Source of the DNA: Candidatus Latescibacterota bacterium
GTDB taxonomy: Bacteria > Latescibacterota > UBA2968
Assembly: GCA_965222605.1 (NCBI GenBank)
Contig: OZ244960.1
Location: 4,320,001 to 4,384,000 of the forward strand
DNA length: 64,000 nt
Direction: 5' to 3'
A program made the translations under genes and the position numbers. This document shows positions 57,503 to 64,000 of this stretch, piece by piece; the first letter of the stretch is position 1; every line of letters starts with the position of its first letter. The notes under the pieces are model-generated. The model made no database searches, was not told the origin of the DNA, and saw only the letters and a program-made list of their open reading frames with translations.

Positions 57503-58384
57503 ATGTTGTTCGGAGAAGGCGATTATCGATACGAGGAAGTTGAGGGATGGGCGAAGTTGCCCGAGGGGTGGGTGTTTACGCAGGTGTCGGATGCCGCGGT
57601 GGATTCACAGGGCCGCATTTACGCATTTACGCGCGGTATTCATCCCGTGGTTGTGTTTGATAAAGATGGCAATTTTATTACGTCGTGGGGATATGGCGAT
57701 TTTGGTATTTCGCCGAATTTGATCAGTCAGTCACATGGCATTTTTATCGATCCGGACGATAAGGTGTTTTTGACTGATGCGTATCAGCATATTGTCAGGC
57801 GTTATACCCGATTGGGCGAGTTGGAACGCGAATGGGGCACCCGCGGAGTTCCCGGTCCGACGTTTCACCGCAGGGAATACAATATGCCAACGGGTGTTGC
57901 TTACGCGCCCGATGGCAATTCGTTTTACGTATCGGATGGGTATGGCAGCCGGTGTGTTCACAAGTATTCGCGCGAGGGTGAGCATCTCGCGGTTTGGGGC
58001 GAAGGAGGGAGTGGACCGGGGCAGTTTGCATTGGTACACAATATCGGATGCGATAAAACCGGACGGGTTCTGGTGTGCGACCGGGAAAATAGCCGCATTC
58101 AGATTTTCGATCCCGATGGAAAATTTATGGAGATGTGGACCGATGTGATGATGCCGGGTGATGTGTGGATTACGGATGACAATACGATTTATGTGGCCGA
58201 GCAAGGGGGCGGTGGGCGTGTCAGTGTGTGGTCTGCGGATGGGGAATTGATTTGTCGCTTTGCGGATAAGAGTGCTGTGCAGTCGCCGCATGGGCTTTGC
58301 GTGGATGATGAGGGTAGTATTTATGTGGCAGAGATCGGTACGGATGGACGGGGACAGCGGCTGCAAAAATTTGCCCGGGTTTAG
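57503..58384 (+). CDS. NHL-repeat protein (peptidyl-alpha-hydroxyglycine amidating lyase-like)
   Basis: Repeats SHGI, MPTGVA, YVSDGYG, GPGQF..VHNI, DRENSRIQIFD, SPHGL. Confidence 0.85.
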   Translation: MLFGEGDYRYEEVEGWAKLPEGWVFTQVSDAAVDSQGRIYAFTRGIHPVVVFDKDGNFITSWGYGDFGISPNLISQSHGIFIDPDDKVFLTDAYQHIVRRYTRLGELEREWGTRGVPGPTFHRREYNMPTGVAYAPDGNSFYVSDGYGSRCVHKYSREGEHLAVWGEGGSGPGQFALVHNIGCDKTGRVLVCDRENSRIQIFDPDGKFMEMWTDVMMPGDVWITDDNTIYVAEQGGGGRVSVWSADGELICRFADKSAVQSPHGLCVDDEGSIYVAEIGTDGRGQRLQKFARV

Positions 58385-58417
58385 ATTTTCAAGTAACCAC
58401 AACATAGCGAGGTTTTT

Positions 58418-59161
58418 ATGGCTACACCAAATCGCATTCTCGAGCGTTATCGCAATGGCGAAAAAGCCGTTGGGGTGCAGATGAGTTTTGTTTCAGAAGT
58501 TGTGATCGAAGTGGCCGCTAAGATGGGGATGGATTTTATCTCTTTGGATGGGCAGCACGGCGCATTGACGCTGCCGACGATTGAGACGGTGTGTCGCCTT
58601 TGCGATGCTTATGGTATGACGCCAGCTATGCGGGTTGTGGATCAGTCCGAGGCGGCTATTTTGACGGCATTGGACCGGGGCATGCAGATGATTACGGTGC
58701 CCAATTTGCAGACTGCCGAAGAAGCCGAGCGGATGATCCAGTTCGGTTTTTACGGGCCTTTGGGACGGCGAAGCGCGATGAGCCAGCGCGTGGCTTATAG
58801 CTTGAACGATACCAGCGATAGTCGGGAGATTTTCAAGTTTACAAATGACAATACCATTATTGTGCCGCAGCTCGAGAGCAAGACGGCTTTTGACAATTTG
58901 GATGAGATTCTCCAGGTTGACGGGCTTATGTTTTTTGCGGGCGGTCCCCAAGATATTGCGCAGTCCATGGGGTATTCCGGAGAGCCAAATCATCCGGAGT
59001 GCGTAGCGGCATACCAGGCGGCGTGTGACAGGGTGCGTGCGGCAGGGAAGCACATGATTGGCGATGTGACGGTTAGTGTGGATGCCTTTGGCGCGATCTA
59101 CGATGCGGGGAAGGCGTTGCTCGAAGCACACGGTCGCGTGTGTGGTATGAATATTGGTTGA
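58418..59161 (+). CDS. HpcH/HpaI (class II 2-keto-3-deoxy-sugar acid) aldolase family
   Basis: LDGQHG, LDRG, Y.PLGRR, QLES, GPQD.AQSMG. Confidence 0.85.
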   Translation: MATPNRILERYRNGEKAVGVQMSFVSEVVIEVAAKMGMDFISLDGQHGALTLPTIETVCRLCDAYGMTPAMRVVDQSEAAILTALDRGMQMITVPNLQTAEEAERMIQFGFYGPLGRRSAMSQRVAYSLNDTSDSREIFKFTNDNTIIVPQLESKTAFDNLDEILQVDGLMFFAGGPQDIAQSMGYSGEPNHPECVAAYQAACDRVRAAGKHMIGDVTVSVDAFGAIYDAGKALLEAHGRVCGMNIG

Positions 59162-59181
59162 AATGTTGGTTGTGCGATATT

Positions 59182-59208
59182 GTAGGGGCGGTGCCCCTGT
59201 GCCCGCCC
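59182..59208 (+). repeat. GTAG-type REP-like palindrome
   Basis: GTAG-GGGCGGTGC-CCCTGT-GCCCGCCC in an intergenic position; single copy in the window. Confidence 0.55.
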
Positions 59209-59260
59209 GTTGGGTGGCTGGGCAAGGTTCTTTAAATTAGCCACAATATGCGAGGTGCGT

Positions 59261-60670
59261 TTGTCTAAGGCACAGGTTGAATCCGAGGAGGCAGAACCAC
59301 TGTCTCCTCGAGCGGCTCGGCGCGTGTTGATTAGCCTGATGTTTTCGTCTATGCTGATGCCTATGGTGTCTGGCATGTCGCGGGTTGCGCTGCCGGTTAT
59401 TCGGGATGATTTTGGGATTCCCGCAGATTTGACGGCATGGGTTCTGGCAGCTTTTATGCTGCCTTTTGTCATTTTGATGCCGATTTATGGGCGCTTGAGC
59501 GATGGGGTTGACCGGCGGCTGTTGATTCTGGTGGGGACTGTGATTTTCGGCATTGGTTCCGCGATGACATTTATGGCGCCGAATATGCGCTGGTTGATGG
59601 CCGGGCGTGCGATTCAGGGTATTGGCGTGGGTGGGATGACGCCGATGGGGATGGCACTGCTGGCATCGATTTTTAGTGTGGGAGAGCGCGGGCGCGTTCT
59701 GGGTACATGGAGTGCGGTGGGACCGGCGATGAGTTTTTCGTCGTCGTTTGTCGCGGGTATTCTCATTGCTATTTGGGGATGGCGCGCCGCTTTTGTGCCG
59801 GGTCTTTTGCTCAGTGTTGTGACTTTTGTCGCGATTTACAGGGGGGTGCCTTCTCAGGTGATTGGAGAGGCATCCAAATTTTTGCGGCAGTTTGATTGGG
59901 GTGGGGTCGGGTTGTTGTCGGGCGGGATTGTGTTTCTGATGTTTTATTTGTCCAGCCGGTCTGTGACGGGGGTTGCCCCTTTTGAGGATTGGCGGTTGCT
60001 TTCAGGCGCGGGGTTGTTTCTCGTTGGTTTCTGGTGGTGGGAAAGAGGGCGCGAGAATCCTTTTCTCGCGCTCAATTTTTTTGGCAATCGCATGTTTTGC
60101 CGCGTGACGTTTTGCGCCTCGATGCGGATGTTTGTGCAGGGTGGTATTGGGGTGTTGATGCCGCTGTATCTGGTCGATGTTCACCAGATGGGTCCGGCAA
60201 GATTGGGCGTGTTTTTGATCATTAGTTCTGCGGCTATGACGCTGATTGTGCGGTTTGGCGGGCAGATGGCCGATCGTTTTCAGAGCCGTTGGCTGGTGAT
60301 GATTGGGCTGTTTGTGCAATTGTCGGTGATGTTGGCTTTTGCCCATTTGTCCGATACGATTTCGACATGGGTTATTGCTGGCCTGCTGGCGTATTATGGG
60401 CTTGGGGCGGGGTTGATGCTGGCTGCATTGCACAGTACGGTTATGGGGACTGTTGATTCAGACCAGATGGGTGCTGCTGCAGGACTTTATAGTATGTTGC
60501 GGTTTATGGGTATGGCGATCAGTACGGCATTGGTCGGGGTGGTGTTGCAATTTTTCTTCGATGCAAATTTGACCACGCTCGACGCTTACCAGAAGGTGTT
60601 TATGGTGTTGACGGTATTTCCCATTTTGGGGATGGTGGTGGGATTTGGGTTGCGGGAAAAGAGGGTGTGA
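59261..60670 (+). CDS. MFS transporter (DHA2/EmrB-like)
   Basis: VALPVI, YGRLSDGVDRR (motif A), GRAIQGIG, GQMADRFQSR; probable TTG start after GAGG. Confidence 0.88.
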   Translation: MSKAQVESEEAEPLSPRAARRVLISLMFSSMLMPMVSGMSRVALPVIRDDFGIPADLTAWVLAAFMLPFVILMPIYGRLSDGVDRRLLILVGTVIFGIGSAMTFMAPNMRWLMAGRAIQGIGVGGMTPMGMALLASIFSVGERGRVLGTWSAVGPAMSFSSSFVAGILIAIWGWRAAFVPGLLLSVVTFVAIYRGVPSQVIGEASKFLRQFDWGGVGLLSGGIVFLMFYLSSRSVTGVAPFEDWRLLSGAGLFLVGFWWWERGRENPFLALNFFGNRMFCRVTFCASMRMFVQGGIGVLMPLYLVDVHQMGPARLGVFLIISSAAMTLIVRFGGQMADRFQSRWLVMIGLFVQLSVMLAFAHLSDTISTWVIAGLLAYYGLGAGLMLAALHSTVMGTVDSDQMGAAAGLYSMLRFMGMAISTALVGVVLQFFFDANLTTLDAYQKVFMVLTVFPILGMVVGFGLREKRV

Positions 60671-60700
60671 AATAGTTTACCTGAGTGGAAGGTTTTAGTA

Positions 60701-60732
60701 GTCATTGCGGCATGATTTTAGCCGCAATCCAG
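60701..60732 (+). repeat. GTCATT-type REP-like palindrome
   Basis: GTC-ATTGCGGC-ATGATTTTA-GCCGCAAT-CCAG downstream of the MFS gene. Confidence 0.5.
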
Positions 60733-61104
60733 TTGCAAAAATCCAGGTAGTGCCTCAGTTTCAAAATTTTGAATATGAGTTGTAATTTTGGGGTGTCTCG
60801 GTTTGAAATTTGGCGCGCGGCGTTCCGAGTACGTCGCTTGTAGAAAATCAAGGATGGCTCAATTTGAAATCACGGCGACTAAGTGGACAATAGACGAGAC
60901 AGAAAATTCAAAGTGAGACAGTAAATTATTTTGTCATTATCGTCTCTCAACTCATATCTCCAATACTTTTTAGGCTCGGTTTCTTTGACAACAAATTTCA
61001 TTATATTGTCTCCTGTGAAATGAATACGTCCTCGCGGTCACTGTTCCTATTGAAAGGGAATTATGTAGGGTAGTGACCAGAAATGTGGAGGAAAGCCTAC
61101 TTGA

Positions 61105-61253
61105 CCCGACTAATTCATGAATTTGCTTAAAATTTCCATAATTTTATTTTTTACAAATGGTTATGAAATTTAGGCCAAAAATATTTGTTTCGATGCAATA
61201 ACTGGGAAGTCCAGTATTTACGCCAATTTCTCAGATTTTATGAATTTTTCGGG
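61105..61253 (-). mobile_element. 149-bp MITE with the termini of the IS1380 element
   Basis: CCCGACTAATTCATGA (61105-61120) and TTATGAATTTTTCGGG (61238-61253) are exact copies of the IS1380 IRR and IRL; 4-bp duplication TTGA (61101-61104, 61254-61257). Confidence 0.92.
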
Positions 61254-61507
61254 TTGAATAGATTGGGATTTTTACTCCCCAAAAAGAGCAATAATGCACA
61301 CCACCAGTTTTTTGGGCAACGACGAGGAGGAGACAGAATTTCACCTTCCCAAGTCATCATAACAGTGTGATTTGCGCCAGTTTTTGTGTGCCACCGTCTT
61401 TTTAGACGAGTAAAAAATTTCTTTATCCACTCCCATGTTGCCACAATAACCATTCCTGCGATAAAAGCCACTACCAAAGGTGCGGATTTTTCTAATATTT
61501 CTATCAT
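61238..61507 (-). CDS. Small hypothetical membrane protein whose last codons were replaced by the MITE
   Basis: AAGGAG then ATG 61507; one TM helix; the pre-insertion end would read ...NLFK*. Confidence 0.45.
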   Translation of the reverse strand: MIEILEKSAPLVVAFIAGMVIVATWEWIKKFFTRLKRRWHTKTGANHTVMMTWEGEILSPPRRCPKNWWCALLLFLGSKNPNLFNPKNS

Positions 61508-61830
61508 TACGGTCTCCTTAAAATAGCCCATAGGCGTGAGGGCCTATGGGCCTTGCGAGAGGCGGCACACGACCATAGTGTGTGGGCGTTTGGTACACCG
61601 TCCGCACACACTAAAATTTAATCTGTAAAAATAACGTAAATTGGCCGAGCCTACAAGGGGATATTTGGAGCAATGTGTCAAGCTGATTTGTGGCGGGATA
61701 TGAGAGAGAGGATTGGAAATGGATTTGCTCGATTGCGCTGGTTATGATAAATTTGAAAGACGGGCTGGCTCACAAAGTTCACAGTGAGACACTAAAGAAG
61801 ATAAAGTTCTTGTTTTTTGGAGGTACAGTT

Positions 61831-62712
61831 ATGAATCCGATTCCGATGAAGTATATCTCTTGGCATGCTGGTGATATGCTTTTAGGGTATTTGGAAGAAT
61901 ACCCGAATTATTGGGCTGATGGGAGTGATAAAAAAGAATTAGAGAAAAACTTGAATGTTATTTACCAAAAGGTTGCAAGTGGTAGGCTGAAAGTCCCCTC
62001 AGAGTTGGAAAATGCTTTAGCAAAAATAGATAAGGCCCAACAAGATTATATTCTCTTTCCTTATAAGATAAATGAGTTTTTGTATGAGTATGTTAAAGGA
62101 ATGATAGAAGGAAAAGATCAAGAAACAGGAGATTTTGTAATTCAACTTCCACACCCGAAGGACAGTATTTTACCGAGCCAGCTAACAATTCTTACAGGAC
62201 AAATTGTTGAAAACCTGCGTAGTGCTTTGGACTATATGATTTTTGAGTTATCCGTCAAAAACCATCCGGATTTGAATGAAAGATCTCCACAATTCGTCAT
62301 TGCCGACAACGAATCAGCATTCGAGCGTGAATCAAATAGAGGATTAAAATATCTCACAGACAAGCAAAAAGAATTTGTGGAGCAAATTCAGCCTTATCAT
62401 GGAAACGAATTATTGAGGTTATTGCGAGACGTTGCCAACATTAGTAAGCATAGACAACCACCTGAAATAATAGACGTTACTGGCATGGATATATACTATG
62501 ATGAATTGTCTAACAAAGAACTTTATGAGGGTGCATGGACATATCCGCAAGAGGATGGTGGAGCAGTCTTCGCAAAGCCGAGAAGTTCAAATGATTCAGG
62601 GGTTGTGTTGATGAATAAGTATGATGGACTAAAAACATTAGGGTCGATGATTATACACATTCAGGAAATAGTCCAAGCGTCTTATAAATACTTCAAAGAG
62701 TCAAATAATTGA
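61831..62712 (+). CDS. HicB-like N-terminal domain fused to a HEPN-like domain
   Basis: GGAGG then ATG 61831; KYISWHAGDMLLGYLEEYPNYW..G....ELEKNL (HicB-like); ENLRSALDY...QIQPY...LRDVANISKHR (HEPN-like). Confidence 0.6.
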   Translation: MNPIPMKYISWHAGDMLLGYLEEYPNYWADGSDKKELEKNLNVIYQKVASGRLKVPSELENALAKIDKAQQDYILFPYKINEFLYEYVKGMIEGKDQETGDFVIQLPHPKDSILPSQLTILTGQIVENLRSALDYMIFELSVKNHPDLNERSPQFVIADNESAFERESNRGLKYLTDKQKEFVEQIQPYHGNELLRLLRDVANISKHRQPPEIIDVTGMDIYYDELSNKELYEGAWTYPQEDGGAVFAKPRSSNDSGVVLMNKYDGLKTLGSMIIHIQEIVQASYKYFKESNN

Positions 62713-62732
62713 CTGGAGTTACCCCGTTTTGG

Positions 62733-62839
62733 ATGCTGTTGTCGAATTGGTCGAGAGGTAGTTAGCAGTTGTAAAAACGGCTGTTTGTGGCCTGGATACA
62801 AGCTCTGTATGGACAGAATTCGGAATTCGGCAACAGCAT
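62733..62839. mobile_element. ~107-bp MITE
   Basis: 16-bp IRs ATGCTGTTGTCGAATT and AATTCGGCAACAGCAT (1 mismatch), flanked by the direct repeat CGTTTTGG (62725-62732, 62840-62847). Confidence 0.8.
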
Positions 62840-63327
62840 CGTTTTGGTAGAGTATTTAGGGCTTGGGTTTTAAGCCTGTGAACGCTTAGTCGGGGCCTTG
62901 TGTATGGAGTGGTCTGACGAGTGGATCGCTGGCAGACGCTATCTGGACATGACGGACTTGAAATAAAATCACTGACCCCTATTTCACGGAGCTACCTTTT
63001 TACAGAACTTTTTGGACTTGACCGTTTGAACGCTCTTGATTCGGAGGCGGATTCTCTACACACATCCATCCAATATTCAGTTTTTGTAACAACTTCTCAA
63101 CATCTTCTGACCAACTTCCGAATTTTCGTTTCAGGTCGTCGAGGTATTTTATTTCCTCGTCAGGATGATTTATATTTTTGGGAATTATACAGAATAGTAC
63201 CGAAAAAGGAAAAGGATTGACCCGTTAGGCGTTCATTGATATACTTACATAATCATATCAAAAAGTAGCCGGTTGAAAGTTCCCACACCTTCAACCGGTT
63301 TTCACATAATCCCCATAAGGGCAAGTT

Positions 63328-63735
63328 ATGACTTATGCAGGAACAGGATGTGTCTTAAAGGTCGTAGATGGTGATACTATCATTGTCTTGAAGCCCAAAG
63401 GCGAAGGTCTGGAGGAAATTTGTGTGCGCTTGATCGGTGTTGACGCGCCAGAAAAAGGGAAGCCGTATTACGCTGAAGCTAAGGCATTTTTAGAAGGGTT
63501 TTTTGAAAACAATTCGTTGGTCAAACTTTATTTTGATGGCCCTGTGCGAGACAGATACAACAGGTGGAGGGCACACGTATATACACACGGAACCTCGGTG
63601 CTTGTCAGTGAAAAAATACTGGAGTATGGTTATGCAAGGATATTGAAAGTTTATCCCCACATCCACGAAGATTTGTTTGTGCAGGCGCGAAAAATAGCGT
63701 ATATGCGAGAGCGTGGAAAGTGGAAAAGGGATTAA
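63328..63735 (+). CDS. Thermonuclease (staphylococcal nuclease-like) family protein
   Basis: VVDGDTI, VRLIGVDAPE, DRYNR..AHVY, G.A, RGKW. Confidence 0.9.
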   Translation: MTYAGTGCVLKVVDGDTIIVLKPKGEGLEEICVRLIGVDAPEKGKPYYAEAKAFLEGFFENNSLVKLYFDGPVRDRYNRWRAHVYTHGTSVLVSEKILEYGYARILKVYPHIHEDLFVQARKIAYMRERGKWKRD

Positions 63736-63749
63736 AATAACTTTCGGCA

Positions 63750-64000
63750 CTACTCTACATAATCTCCTTTTTTTAGTGCTCTTTCAAGATCGGAGATATT
63801 GCGTTGCAAAGACGCGCGCAAAACAGGGTCATATTTGGCTTCATCACCTATCTTTAATGCCTGCCAATCTTCTTCGCTCAAAATAGGACTTGTAACCCAC
63901 CGAGCTTTCCCACCATTTGCTGCAAATGCGATTAACCCTTTGGATGCAATTCTTATCCAGCCTGAACTGAAAAACCCAACGCCACGATCATATCGGTAGG
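63750..64000 (-). pseudogene. Truncated N-terminal part of a PLD-fold/SF2 helicase defence-type protein (phosphorothioation-associated restriction/PbeA-like); 5' end outside the window
   Basis: Manual translation YRYDRGVGFFSSGW..ASKGL..FAANGGKARWVTSPILSEED...ALKKGDYVE*; stop at 63750-63752. Confidence 0.6.

Noticed and set aside
61690-61830. N-terminal extension of the 340-aa ORF
   Set aside because: Crosses a terminal-repeat-like motif; the strong GGAGG precedes ATG 61831.
62921-63220. 99-aa ORF, and a startless opposite-strand frame
   Set aside because: No convincing homology signal; probably decayed sequence.
63799-63999. 66-aa plus-strand ORF
   Set aside because: Antisense to the recognisable PLD-helicase fragment.
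1-64000. CRISPR array, cas genes, rRNA, prophage structural genes, reverse transcriptase
   Set aside because: No regularly spaced repeats and no matching protein motifs seen on either strand.

Overview
Bacterial chromosomal window from a diderm organism. The gene content (TonB-dependent receptors with an N-terminal carboxypeptidase-regulatory-like domain, PorV/PorQ-like barrels, T9SS-like C-terminal domains, many PhyH and sulfatase-type genes) suggests an FCB-superphylum lineage such as Latescibacterota or Gemmatimonadota; this is inference only. There are three zones. (1) 1-40.6 kb is an accessory mosaic for uptake and breakdown of anionic or sulfated glycans. It holds two convergent, highly diverged cassettes with the same order: TonB-dependent receptor -> secreted protein with a T9SS-type C-terminal domain -> PorV/PorQ-like barrel -> (lyase) -> ~660-aa polytopic membrane protein (DUF6785/DUF6784-like). 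A third paralog of that membrane protein lies at 791-2770. There is no SusD lipoprotein, so this looks like a non-SusCD polysaccharide-utilisation module and is the best candidate for an undescribed system. The second cassette sits in a ~14-kb island bounded by tRNA-Val(TAC) and a 49-bp duplicate of its 3' end, with no integrase. The zone also has an IS110 (cut by the window edge), an intact IS1380 that interrupts a GH50-like gene, and an IS701-like fragment. (2) 40.6-60.7 kb is largely core: tRNA-Val, rplS, trmD, rimM, rpsP, ffh, rpe, a PASTA protein, hrpA, a vapBC-type pair, an asymmetric ABC exporter and an MFS transporter. (3) 60.7-64 kb is an AT-rich decaying region with a MITE carrying the exact IS1380 ends, a second MITE, a HicB-like/HEPN-like fusion gene, a thermonuclease and a truncated PLD-helicase defence-type gene. 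No CRISPR array or rRNA was seen. All family assignments come from motif recognition by eye, not from database searches.
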